From Bacteroidales bacterium (lineage in GTDB: Bacteria; Bacteroidota; Bacteroidia; Bacteroidales; DTGW01), in NCBI GenBank assembly GCA_035374585.1, contig DAOSPF010000004.1, forward strand, positions 5,866-69,865: a stretch of 64,000 nt of DNA. The letters are read 5' to 3'. A program made the position numbers and the translations under genes. A model generated the notes under the pieces. That model ran no database searches and had not been told where the DNA came from. It saw only the letters and a list, made by a program, of their open reading frames with translations. This document shows, piece by piece, positions 17,475-27,377 of this stretch; within the stretch, counting starts at the first letter, position 1; every line of letters begins with the position of its first letter.

Positions 17475-19823
17475 ATGCGAATTTCAGCCTTAATTTTACT
17501 ATGCTTCGTTGCCCAATTTGGTTATGCCCAAAAACGCATCTCAGGTTTTTTGACTGATGCAAATGGTGTCCCGCTCGAAAACGCTTCTATTTTCCTGAAA
17601 GGGGGCAGATTATTAACTACTACAGACAAAAACGGGGCTTTTTCATTCGAATATAAACAAGACGAAAGTATATGTTTTTCGCATTTTGGTTTTTCCGACA
17701 CTTGTCTCAATGCTTCTGAACTATCAGAGAATTCAATAAAAATCAGGCTGAACGAAAAAAAGATTGTGGCCGAAGAAATCATTGTGTCATCAAAGTCGAA
17801 CATGAAAATCATCAGGTCTGCACAGACAGGTCTGTTCGAGATTCGCACAGACAGCCTTCGCAGCCTGCCTAATATTGTTGGAGAAGCTGATCCAATCAAA
17901 ATGTTGCAATTGTCGCCGGGGGTGACAAAAAGCGATTTCAACATGGGGCTCAATGTCCGTGGCAGTACTACTGACCAAAACCTTGTCCTGATTGACGATG
18001 CTGCCATTTACAACCCTACTCACCTGGCTGGCTTTCTATCTGTCTTTAACCCTCTTGTAGTTGAAAAAGTATCGCTATTGAAATCCGGCATTCCTGCTGA
18101 ATACGGAGGACGGGTTTCTTCTATAACCATTGTAGAAACAGATAAGAACCTGGCTTCTAAAACTGAAACAGAAGGCAATGTTGGAATACTTTTATCGGGC
18201 TTTGTTGTAAAAACGCCTTTGTTACAAGACAAAGCCTCATTTCAGGTTTCTGCAAGGCGTTCTTACTTTGACCAAACCATAAAACCAATAAGTAAAATCC
18301 TTTTTAAAAATGGGAAGTCGATGTTCAACTCCACGGATTATGCATTTTACGATGTAAATGCCAGCCTGATTATTGCACCCTCAAAGAATGACAAGGTGTT
18401 TATCAGTTGTTATGTCGGAAATGATGACTTTTCGCTAAGCAAAACTTCATTCAATCTGCAATATAATATGCAATGGAGCAACCAGGCTTTTTCGCTAAAA
18501 TGGATGCACCATTTCAGCTCCCGTCATATCATGAAAACCATTGCTTATAGTTCCAAAGGAGACTTCGCAATCTTTCTGGGGCAAAACGACTTTAATTTTC
18601 GCCTCAATTCTTCCATTGAAGACTTATCAGCTATCCACGAGCATACTTTCTTTTTTGAACATTGGAGCCTGAAAACCGGGGCACAGGTTTTGAAACAACA
18701 CATTCTGCCCAACAAAAGCAAGGCCGAGCTCATTGATTTCAATACCGATTTTGGCACGCCTAATACTTTCAACACGTTGACGTTTAGCCCTTACATTCAG
18801 TCGGAAGTGAATGTCTCAAAAAGCTTGGCACTAAACATTGGCCTCCGTTACAATGAATATCTCCACTTCGGTCCTTTTGAACGATTTGTGCGGGACAATG
18901 GCATTGACATTACCGACACTTTATATTACAAAAAAAATGAAACGGTAAAGAAATATAACAATTTTGAACCTCGATTTGCCTTAAGGTACTTAATTAACTC
19001 ATATTCGTCGTTAAAATTTTCTGTAACTCATAATATACAATATTTACAGCAAATTAACGTTTCTGCAGTTTCGTTCCCTACTGACTTTTGGATGCCTGCT
19101 TCATATCAATTAGCCCCGCAAAAAGGTTGGCAATTTTCATTGGGCTATTTTTCCAACCTGTTTGATTCCAGTTATTGCTTTTCCACTGAAGTGTTTTATA
19201 AACACATGGTAAACCTTACAGAATTCAAAAAAGGGATTCTTAGTACTGTTTCAAAGGCCTCTATGGAAGAAAATATCATTACCGGCGAGGGACGTGCTTA
19301 CGGGATAGAGTTTCTCATTGAGAAGAAGACCGGGGAACTGACCGGATGGATAAGTTATACTTTGTCGCGTTCCGAAAGAATTTTTAAAGAAATCAACAAT
19401 GGTAACCCTTACCCTTCAAAATACGACCGTACCCACGACCTTTCTATTGTTACACAATATAAAATCAATGAAAAATGGAACGCCTCGGCCATATTTGTCA
19501 TTGCCAGCGGGAATGCTTTCACCCTGCCTTATGGACGCTATATGATAGGCGAAAATATTGTCAATCAATATTCCGATTACAATTCGTTTCGCATGCCGGT
19601 ATATCACAGATTGGATATGTCGGTTACCCGCAAGTTTAAAACAAAAGGTAAAGCTGAACATAGCCTTGATATTGGCATTTACAATGTTTACAGCCGGTTA
19701 AACCCTTATTTCATGTATTTCGACGTTTCGGGCGATTTGGAAAAATACAAATTGAAAGTTAGTCCGCGGTATGTATCAGTGTTCCCCATACTACCGTCTG
19801 TTTCTTATCATTTTAAATTTTAA
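17475..19823 (+). CDS. TonB-dependent receptor (CarboxypepD_reg-like N-domain + plug + barrel)
   Basis: 782 aa. Signal peptide, then SGFLTDANGVPLENASIFLKG…TDKNGAFSF (carboxypeptidase-regulatory-like domain). Plug motifs …GEADPIKMLQLSPGV…NVRGSTTDQNLVLIDDAAIYNP…. Ends in the aromatic barrel terminus …SVSYHFKF. Confidence 0.85.
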   Translation: MRISALILLCFVAQFGYAQKRISGFLTDANGVPLENASIFLKGGRLLTTTDKNGAFSFEYKQDESICFSHFGFSDTCLNASELSENSIKIRLNEKKIVAEEIIVSSKSNMKIIRSAQTGLFEIRTDSLRSLPNIVGEADPIKMLQLSPGVTKSDFNMGLNVRGSTTDQNLVLIDDAAIYNPTHLAGFLSVFNPLVVEKVSLLKSGIPAEYGGRVSSITIVETDKNLASKTETEGNVGILLSGFVVKTPLLQDKASFQVSARRSYFDQTIKPISKILFKNGKSMFNSTDYAFYDVNASLIIAPSKNDKVFISCYVGNDDFSLSKTSFNLQYNMQWSNQAFSLKWMHHFSSRHIMKTIAYSSKGDFAIFLGQNDFNFRLNSSIEDLSAIHEHTFFFEHWSLKTGAQVLKQHILPNKSKAELIDFNTDFGTPNTFNTLTFSPYIQSEVNVSKSLALNIGLRYNEYLHFGPFERFVRDNGIDITDTLYYKKNETVKKYNNFEPRFALRYLINSYSSLKFSVTHNIQYLQQINVSAVSFPTDFWMPASYQLAPQKGWQFSLGYFSNLFDSSYCFSTEVFYKHMVNLTEFKKGILSTVSKASMEENIITGEGRAYGIEFLIEKKTGELTGWISYTLSRSERIFKEINNGNPYPSKYDRTHDLSIVTQYKINEKWNASAIFVIASGNAFTLPYGRYMIGENIVNQYSDYNSFRMPVYHRLDMSVTRKFKTKGKAEHSLDIGIYNVYSRLNPYFMYFDVSGDLEKYKLKVSPRYVSVFPILPSVSYHFKF

Positions 19824-19835
19824 TACTTAAAGAAA

Positions 19836-20768
19836 ATGAGCATAGAAATGAGCATACAAGAAATAAAGCCATTGGATAAACTAAGAAGTGTTTTAAAAAC
19901 AAGCTTCATTAAAAGCATGACAATTGCTATGTGTTGCTTAACCTGCATTGCCTGCGAACCAGAAATGGACTATGAACTTACATCAGTAAAAAAGCAGCTT
20001 GTAGTAGATGGATGGATAGAAAACAATAATTATGCCCAAGTTGTTTTGACATATAACACTGGTTACTTTAGCAATCTCGACTCCGCCTCATTCAGAGGGT
20101 TGGTTGCTTCAAGGGCCAAGGTAATCCTTAGCGATGGTACTCAATCCGAAATTCTTACGCTGACAAAAGATACCAACTATTTCCCTCCTTACGTTTACAA
20201 AGGGAACGAAATACTTGGCCAACCGGGAAAAACTTATACTTTGATTATTATAGATGAGATTAATACCGGCACAAGAGAAATGGATACCATTGTAGCTATT
20301 ACTACTATACCCCAGCCTGTAAAGCTTGATAGCGTGTGGTTTTCAGAAACATCTGATAGCTCAGGTATTATAAAAGGCATTATATTTGACAACCCGGATG
20401 AAAAAAACTATTATCGTACTTTTTCTAAAATAAAAGGAAAAGACAAACGCTTCATCCCAACCTACATTGCTTCTTTTGAGGACAAATACTTCAATGGACA
20501 AAAGTTCACCTTTCATCTCAACAAAGGGCTTGATTCGTATATAAAACCATTGTACAATATAGAATTTAATAAAGGTGATACCATAAACCTTAAAATTGCA
20601 AGTATTGACAGAATAAGTTTCTTGTTCTGGAGTAGTTATGACCAGGAAATCTTCAATTCGGGTAACCCTTTTGCTTCAAATTTTGATAGAGTAAATAGCA
20701 ATATCCATGGGGGATTAGGTATTTGGTGTGGATATGGCGCTACAACATATTTGGTGGTTGCTAAATAA
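19836..20768 (+). CDS. DUF4249-like lipoprotein partner of the upstream TonB-dependent receptor
   Basis: Starts 13 nt after the receptor stop. Cys-rich lipoprotein-like signal (…MTIAMCCLTCIAC). The …GGLGIWCGYGATTY C-terminal motif and the gene order match the DUF4249 family as I recall it. Confidence 0.55.
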   Translation: MSIEMSIQEIKPLDKLRSVLKTSFIKSMTIAMCCLTCIACEPEMDYELTSVKKQLVVDGWIENNNYAQVVLTYNTGYFSNLDSASFRGLVASRAKVILSDGTQSEILTLTKDTNYFPPYVYKGNEILGQPGKTYTLIIIDEINTGTREMDTIVAITTIPQPVKLDSVWFSETSDSSGIIKGIIFDNPDEKNYYRTFSKIKGKDKRFIPTYIASFEDKYFNGQKFTFHLNKGLDSYIKPLYNIEFNKGDTINLKIASIDRISFLFWSSYDQEIFNSGNPFASNFDRVNSNIHGGLGIWCGYGATTYLVVAK

Positions 20769-20797
20769 AAAATGGCTACCCAAAGGCAGCCATTTTC
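20767..20797. terminator. Bidirectional terminator between convergent 19836-20768 (+) and 20817-22247 (-)
   Basis: AAAATGGCT (20769-20777) / AGCCATTTT (20788-20796) is a perfect 9-bp stem containing its own A- and T-runs. Confidence 0.6.
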
Positions 20798-20816
20798 AAT
20801 ATTTTGTTGTTGATAA

Positions 20817-22247
20817 CTAATTTATATGGTTAATTTTCCAGTTATAAGTTTTATTTAAGTCATCTATAAAACTGTTAAAACTGGTTATTAAATTGTCAAA
20901 GCCTTGGTTGAAATAGGTTTCCATGCTTGACTTTGAGCCATCGGCAAATACCATCTGCACATCTATCACTTTTCTGGTTTTTTGAACAGTTGAACAATTG
21001 TATTCCCAAGTATTTGCATCCCAGGTACAGTTATATTCATCATATTTTTCATTTTTTGCATAAGCCTCAGCTTTAGCAACAGCTTTATTATCGCTGGCAT
21101 AAACTACTACCAATGCCATATTCTTATTAATCATTGAAACAGCGCTATCAATATAAGCTGAATATTTATTTTCTTCAATCTTGCGGTATTCTTTCATGAA
21201 ATTAGCAAAATCGATTTGCCCAACAATTTTCATATCCATGAACTGGAAATGAGCATTGGCGTTGTACAAAACTCTTTCAGGGAAAGTTTCTGTTTCTTTG
21301 TACTCATAAATATTTTGAATAGTTTCGTACTGCCCTGTTTCATAGTTGTAATAGGTATAGCTTGAGGTGTCTTTTATTGTTTTTGTTTCCTGGGCATTGT
21401 CAATAGCTGCTTTGGTAAACTTACCCCCGGCGGTTCCGCCCAAATCTAAAATTGTAGTACTTCCGTGTGTAAATGAATAATTTACAGTCACTTCTGTTTC
21501 TTTATACCCATAAGTAAGTTTAAGTTCAAAAGCGCCTAAAGTGAGCTTGCCTTCAACATTTGAGGGAAGTCCTTCATCTGTGTAGCTTGCAGTAAAACTA
21601 AAGCTTGAAACAACAGTGCCATCAACACTTAATTCATATTTAAGCTCAGAAGGCATCTCTTTTGTATCGACAAGAGTAAAGTTGCCGGTAACAAATTTGG
21701 GCTTGCTAATAACTAATTTGCCATCATTGTTTTTGGCCTTTTTAGACGCTATAGAAGCCGGAAATTTAAAAACAACTTGTCCTGAGCTGGCATTGGCAGC
21801 AAAATCAAAATCATTTTTGGTATAGTTATAAGTGTAAACCCCGGCAATTTTATCAAATTCTGCTTCTAATTCTAATGAATTAGAAGTTTCAGCTTTAAGC
21901 GATTTAAAAATAACATTTGCATCAGGGTTATTGCTACTAATATTTTTCACAGCTGCCATAACCTGAAAGTATGCAGAATTCTTGATGCTTCCATTTACCC
22001 CAGTTCCTATATTCATCAGCTCAAGAAGATTAACAGTGGCTTTAACCCCTTGGTCTTGATTCATAGCCTTAAGCTCATTGACCATCTTTATGCCGGTATT
22101 TTCCATGTCAACCTTGGTTTCGGCTACAGTTTTTTCGGCATACACAGGTTTTTCTAAATTTACTTCTTCTGTTGTTTTGTCATCATCTTTGCTACATGAA
22201 GAAATGATGGACGCACACATTGCAAGAAACAAAATTTTGATTTTCAT
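20817..22247 (-). CDS. Hypothetical lipoprotein
   Basis: 476 aa. Lipoprotein signal MKIKILFLAMCASIISSC. I recognise no family. Confidence 0.65.
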   Translation of the reverse strand: MKIKILFLAMCASIISSCSKDDDKTTEEVNLEKPVYAEKTVAETKVDMENTGIKMVNELKAMNQDQGVKATVNLLELMNIGTGVNGSIKNSAYFQVMAAVKNISSNNPDANVIFKSLKAETSNSLELEAEFDKIAGVYTYNYTKNDFDFAANASSGQVVFKFPASIASKKAKNNDGKLVISKPKFVTGNFTLVDTKEMPSELKYELSVDGTVVSSFSFTASYTDEGLPSNVEGKLTLGAFELKLTYGYKETEVTVNYSFTHGSTTILDLGGTAGGKFTKAAIDNAQETKTIKDTSSYTYYNYETGQYETIQNIYEYKETETFPERVLYNANAHFQFMDMKIVGQIDFANFMKEYRKIEENKYSAYIDSAVSMINKNMALVVVYASDNKAVAKAEAYAKNEKYDEYNCTWDANTWEYNCSTVQKTRKVIDVQMVFADGSKSSMETYFNQGFDNLITSFNSFIDDLNKTYNWKINHIN

Positions 22248-22480
22248 ACTATTTATTTTTTAAAGGTTATTTACTTCAAAGATAACCATTTCATATAAAA
22301 GTTAAAAAATCAAAAACCATATTTTTTTATAACAGCTGTTTTATTTTTCATCGCACAAAACGCCTTTTCTTACTGTTTTTCTAATTAGATTAATGATTGT
22401 AAACCGGGTTGAACCTTAAATATGCGCTTACAAAACCCAGAAACAATATCTTTGCCATGCATAAATTAAACCATGAACAC

Positions 22481-22894
22481 ATGAAGAAACTTACCTTATT
22501 TATAGCTATTGCTATAACCTGTTTTTCAGTTAAAGCACAGTATAGTCAGGATGTAATATTATCATCAATTCTAAAAACGGACACCACTTCTATCGGGCAA
22601 AAGATTATATTTCCGCAAAACAATAATAACGAAATTTCTATTATTAAAGTAACCATACCGCCCGGAAAATCAACCGGATGGCACAAACACAGCAACCCGG
22701 TTTTTGCCTATGTTATAAGTGGCACGTTAACCGTTGAACTTGAAGGGGATAAAAAGCTTACATTCTCAGCCAATACCTCTTTTGCCGAGGTCATCAATAC
22801 ATATCACAATGGCACAAACCTTGGGAAAGAAGAGGTTGTCCTTATCGCCTTTTTTATGGGAGAAAAGGGTAAACTTTTATCTGAACACAAATAG
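22481..22894 (+). CDS. Secreted cupin-domain protein
   Basis: Probable start is MKKLTLFIAIAITCFSVKAQ (the ORF track begins at 22409). The cupin motif PGKSTGWHKHSNPVFAYVISGTLTVE…HNGTN is present. Confidence 0.7.
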   Translation: MKKLTLFIAIAITCFSVKAQYSQDVILSSILKTDTTSIGQKIIFPQNNNNEISIIKVTIPPGKSTGWHKHSNPVFAYVISGTLTVELEGDKKLTFSANTSFAEVINTYHNGTNLGKEEVVLIAFFMGEKGKLLSEHK

Positions 22895-22903
22895 TACTGC
22901 ATA

Positions 22904-23893
22904 CTACCATTTTTCTTTCAAAAGATCGGGCAGGATGTATTGATTATACACCTTTTCAATTGCCTGCAGTTGTTCTTGGTCCAGATTGGGCAATTCACAA
23001 GCTTTCAGGTTTGACAACACCTGCTCTGGCTTTGAAGCGCCGGGAATTACACAGCTAACCTCACGAAACATGATAATCCATCGCAATGCAATAAGGGCAA
23101 GGTCAGCATTAGCAGGAAATATCTTTTTCAGCTCATCTACTGCCGCCAAACCCTTTTCATAATTGATGCCCGAGAATGTCTCCCCTTTGTCGAAGGCTTC
23201 GCCATTGCGATTAAATGTGCGATGGTCGTCTTTTCCAAAAACAGTAGCCTTGCTGTATTTACCGGTCAGTAAGCCACTGGCAAGCGGAACACGGACAATG
23301 ATGCCCACGTTCTTTTTAGCTGCTTCGGCAAAGAAATCTTTTGCCGGACGCTGGCGAAACATATTGAAAATTATCTGGACTGTAGTAACATTGTCATATT
23401 CAATAGCCTTTAGCGCCTCTTCTACTCTTTCGACGCTTACTCCCATATTTAAAATTTTACCTTCTTTTTTCAGCTCATCAAACAAAGCAAATATCTCAGG
23501 ACGGTGATAAGTCTCTGTAGGCGGACAATGCAATTGGATGAGGTCAATGGCTTCAAGTCCGGTATTTTTAAGGCTATCTTCAACAAACTTTCGAAGCACA
23601 GCAGGTTGATATGCAGCATCAACGTGAGGCGAAAGTTTGCGGCCACATTTAGTAGCAACAAATACCCGTTCTTTTCGTGAACGAACTACGCGGCCTACTG
23701 CTTTTTCGCTTTCGCCATCACCATAAACATCGGCAGTGTCAATAAAATTAATCCCGTTATCAATAGCCAGGTTCAATATCCTGTCGGCATTTTCATGGCT
23801 AAATTTATCGCCCCATTTACCGCCAACTTGCCATGTACCGAGGCTTATTTCGGATATATTAAAACCTGTTTTCCCAAGTATTCTTTTATTCAT
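22904..23893 (-). CDS. Aldo/keto reductase
   Basis: 329 aa. GTWQVGG…, FIDTADVYGDGESE, and LIQLH.. are AKR family hallmarks. Confidence 0.9.
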   Translation of the reverse strand: MNKRILGKTGFNISEISLGTWQVGGKWGDKFSHENADRILNLAIDNGINFIDTADVYGDGESEKAVGRVVRSRKERVFVATKCGRKLSPHVDAAYQPAVLRKFVEDSLKNTGLEAIDLIQLHCPPTETYHRPEIFALFDELKKEGKILNMGVSVERVEEALKAIEYDNVTTVQIIFNMFRQRPAKDFFAEAAKKNVGIIVRVPLASGLLTGKYSKATVFGKDDHRTFNRNGEAFDKGETFSGINYEKGLAAVDELKKIFPANADLALIALRWIIMFREVSCVIPGASKPEQVLSNLKACELPNLDQEQLQAIEKVYNQYILPDLLKEKW

Positions 23894-24178
23894 AATCGAA
23901 TTTTAAAAATTCATGACAATCCATATCGTGCAAAAATAGTAACAGAAAGCAAGACTTTTATCTAAACAAAATTATTTTTCAAAGAATGATAGCTTGCCAT
24001 ATCTTTGAAGAGCGAATATCTAATGTAATATTTCTTTTTACACATCCTCGTTTGTGTTTGTAGTAACATGGGGGCGTTCATAATAAATTCTTAAATATTC
24101 TTATCAAGTTAATAGCTAACAAAAGTAAATTACTATTTTTACTTTGCTAATTTTACTGTTGCACAAAAAAATTCGACC

Positions 24179-26242
24179 ATGAAGAGGAATATTTGTATGA
24201 AAGCTTTCTATTCAATTGTTCAAAAGATTGTTTTTGGAGCGATAGCTTTTACAGTGTTAAGCATAAACCAGGAAGCCAAATCGCAGAACATCAAACAGTT
24301 TCAAGGTGCTTATGAAAATGGAACTGCAACTTACCAATATTATGAAAATGCTAATTACGAACGCATCTATCAGGGTAGTTTCAAATACAAAGGTATTGTA
24401 ATGGACGGTTTGAAAGGTAAGCTAAACCTTACTGTTGTAGGTCAATACAATAACAACAAAAAAGACGGGCTGTGGACATATACTCTGGCCGATCCTTCAC
24501 CTACCGGGGTTACAGAAGTAGTAACTGGCAACTATTCCAATGGCAACATGGAAGGCGAATGGTCTTCTACTACTAAAGTCAATAATACAAAGAAAGTTTT
24601 CAAAAGTACTTCTGCTATTTTTAAGAACAATAAACTTTTTGGCGAAATCAATTATACTTATAAAGTTTACACTTTCAAAGACTATGCCGCCATTTCTATT
24701 AAAGGCTCGTTCAACGATTCCAGTTTTTACAATGGCACATGGCTTACCACTTATACAAAAGGCAATATACAGTACGAGGAAACCCGCAAATACAACAACG
24801 GAGTACTCTGTTTACTTGTACACCGAAGGCTTTCTGACGGTCAGATTATTGAAAGATATGACAGTACTGCTTTTGTAGATAAGTTTTTTATGAACTATAA
24901 TGCTGCTCATAATGTTGGTATGGTTAATGACCAAAAATATGTACTTCAGAATGTTGATAAACCTTCTGGTTCACTCGATTTATTTAGCATAGTAGTTAAC
25001 TACTGGACAAACAATAAAAATACTGCCTATTATAATACGCTCAATGCTCCTAATCCAATGTTTGTTATTAGTCATGGCTATAGTCCTGCTGTTATCAGCC
25101 GCGAAAAAACAATTATCAGCTGGTTAAAGACCCGTGAAGGCGAGCGTCAACAATGGCAGTCTGAACAGGATAAAAAACTATTGCAGGAAAAATATGCAGC
25201 CCAGCTTGCTATTGCAGATACAGCCTTTAACCGTGCCAAATATGATGAAGCTATTGCTGCTTACAAGGTTGCTTTAACCATAAAAGACGAACAATATCCG
25301 AAAGACCAGATTCATAAAGCAGGGCTGAAGCTCGAAGAAATTAGGCTCAGAATGGAAATGGAACAAAAAGCCAAAGAGCTTGAACAGCAAGCCAGGGAAA
25401 AATCTTATAAAGAACTGCTAACAAAGGCTGATGCCGCTTTTGCAGAAAAAAGATATGATGTGGCCATTGAGCTATACCAGAGTGCCCTTGCCATAAAAGT
25501 GGACGATTATCCTGCCAAACAAATAAAAGCCATTAATGACATTAAAAACGATGAATTAAAGGCAAAGCTTATTAAAGAACTTGATAAACTTTGGGTTACA
25601 GTTGAAGCCGGCACTTTTAAGATGGGATGCATACGAAGCGATATGAATTGCCTGAGAAACGAAGAACCTGTGCATGAAGTTTATGTCAACACTTTTCAGA
25701 TGAGCAAATACGAGGTTACTATTGGTCAGTACAGAATGTATTGCAAAGCAACCGGTAAGCCTGAGCCTCTGGGAGCTGATAGTTTGCCTGCCAATAATAT
25801 AAGCTGGTACGAAGCTAAAGAGTTTGCCGAATGGGCAGGATGCCGCCTCCCAACTGAAGCAGAATGGGAATATGCTGCCCGTGGCGGGAACAAAAATAAA
25901 AAAACCTTATATAGCGGGTCTAATTATATTGATGAAGTTGCTTGGTTCAGCGAAAACTCAAATAGCTCAGCCCATCCGGTTGGCAAACTCAAACCTAACG
26001 TTTTGGGTATTTACGATATGACAGGCAATGTATGGGAATGGTGTTTTGACTGGCTTAGTGATTATTCCGAAACCAGCGACATAAACCCCACTGGCCGTTC
26101 TACCGGAACTCGTAAGGTAAAAAGAGGCGGCAGCTTTAGCGAAACAAACTTTGAAAGCGACTTGCGTGTTACTTACCGTGGTAGTGAACCTGCTGACACC
26201 AGGCTATACAATCTGGGAATCCGATTGGTCAAGAAACAATAA
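24179..26242 (+). CDS. Secreted multidomain protein: MORN/YwqK-like repeats + two TPR-like repeats/coiled coil + C-terminal FGE-sulfatase (SUMF1/GldJ/GldK-type) domain
   Basis: Signal sequence. N-terminal region has GLWTYT…NGNMEGEW repeats. There is a duplicated ~44-aa unit (ADTAFNRAKYDEAIAAYKVALTIKDEQYPKDQI… / ADAAFAEKRYDVAIELYQSALAIKVDDYPAKQI…). The C-terminal …GTFKMG…NEEPVHEVYVNTFQMSKYEVT…RLPTEAEWEYAARGG…NVWEWCFDW…RGGSF is the FGE-sulfatase fold. Confidence 0.8.
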   Translation: MKRNICMKAFYSIVQKIVFGAIAFTVLSINQEAKSQNIKQFQGAYENGTATYQYYENANYERIYQGSFKYKGIVMDGLKGKLNLTVVGQYNNNKKDGLWTYTLADPSPTGVTEVVTGNYSNGNMEGEWSSTTKVNNTKKVFKSTSAIFKNNKLFGEINYTYKVYTFKDYAAISIKGSFNDSSFYNGTWLTTYTKGNIQYEETRKYNNGVLCLLVHRRLSDGQIIERYDSTAFVDKFFMNYNAAHNVGMVNDQKYVLQNVDKPSGSLDLFSIVVNYWTNNKNTAYYNTLNAPNPMFVISHGYSPAVISREKTIISWLKTREGERQQWQSEQDKKLLQEKYAAQLAIADTAFNRAKYDEAIAAYKVALTIKDEQYPKDQIHKAGLKLEEIRLRMEMEQKAKELEQQAREKSYKELLTKADAAFAEKRYDVAIELYQSALAIKVDDYPAKQIKAINDIKNDELKAKLIKELDKLWVTVEAGTFKMGCIRSDMNCLRNEEPVHEVYVNTFQMSKYEVTIGQYRMYCKATGKPEPLGADSLPANNISWYEAKEFAEWAGCRLPTEAEWEYAARGGNKNKKTLYSGSNYIDEVAWFSENSNSSAHPVGKLKPNVLGIYDMTGNVWEWCFDWLSDYSETSDINPTGRSTGTRKVKRGGSFSETNFESDLRVTYRGSEPADTRLYNLGIRLVKKQ

Positions 26243-26507
26243 AAAAGAATAAATTGTAAAAAACTTAGCAGCTTTTTTGATTTAACCCAAATTAAGCAAT
26301 AAAAATGCTTAATCGGTTAAAATTTTGTATTTCAATGATTTAAAAAAATCAGCTTGCCCCGTTTATAACGAGAGGATTAACCCAACTAAATCTTATAGTT
26401 TGGCTTTAAAAAGCCTCATAATGATTTATTTAGCCTGTTCAAGGCAGAACGCTTGTGCAACAGTTAAATTACAACGTTTTGTGTCGTTTTCTGGCAAACA
26501 AATGTAT

Positions 26508-27080
26508 TTAAAATATAAATGGTATTAGTCTATATGTTTTTTCCATGTATTCCTTATATTCATTCCCAAAATGCTTAAGCAGCATTTGTTCTTCAATCAG
26601 TAATCGTTTTATAAATGAAAATGGAACTGTTAAAACAATCAAAATTATGCTTATCAGATTGCCAGTTAATAATCCTGCCCCAACAAGAAATGTAGTTACC
26701 CCCAAATATCCAGGGTGCCTTACAATGCTATAAATACCATGTTTAACTATCTTATGTTTATCTGTTATTTTTAAAGTTCTTGTGTAATACTCTTTTAGTG
26801 TAAATGTTGCTATTAACCTAATTATTAAGCCGACTATCACAAAGCTTAAACCAATAAAAAACAAAACTTGGCTATCGATTTGCAATATATTATACAGGTT
26901 AAGAAAATAACTGCATAAAACCAAAATAATTGTTGATATTAATGCAAATCTAAGTATTGCCGTCGTACCCTTATCTGAGTCAGAGGTTTTTAAAGATTTG
27001 GCATCTTTGCTAAATCTCAAGAAATTCTCAATCATCAGAAATATCAAAATCGAACCAATCGAAATATAAAACCCTGTCAT
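26508..27080 (-). CDS. Isoprenylcysteine carboxyl methyltransferase (ICMT)/phospholipid methyltransferase family membrane protein
   Basis: 190-aa polytopic protein with the …HGIYSIVRHPGYLG… motif. Confidence 0.75.
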   Translation of the reverse strand: MTGFYISIGSILIFLMIENFLRFSKDAKSLKTSDSDKGTTAILRFALISTIILVLCSYFLNLYNILQIDSQVLFFIGLSFVIVGLIIRLIATFTLKEYYTRTLKITDKHKIVKHGIYSIVRHPGYLGVTTFLVGAGLLTGNLISIILIVLTVPFSFIKRLLIEEQMLLKHFGNEYKEYMEKTYRLIPFIF

Positions 27081-27377
27081 AGTTGATTTTTTTAGATGTT
27101 TGCTGACAATGGACTTTGCCTGGTGTAAAATACAAGGCTGATATTGTCATAACTGTAAACAAATATAACGAATAAAAATGTTTTTTTGCAACATGTTAAA
27201 TTTCAACATAATGTATTAGCTTATATGGATGCTTCCCTTTGTAAAATTTTTTCTATATTTTATTTGCCGGGTTCAGGGGTAAAACAATATGAGTATAGTA
27301 AATGATTGTTTTTCTGAATTTTACAGATACTTTTACGCCGGGCAAACTTTATTTAAAACTTTTATAAGGAAATACTA

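Noticed and set aside
26243-26507. Small hairpins (TTAAGCA/TGCTTAA, GGCTTT/AAAGCC) and a 67-aa ORF in the convergent gap after the FGE-domain gene
   Set aside because: The stems are only 6-7 bp without U-tracts. The ORF (26325-26528) overlaps the end of the ICMT-family gene and has no recognisable features. This is most simply unstructured terminator-region DNA.
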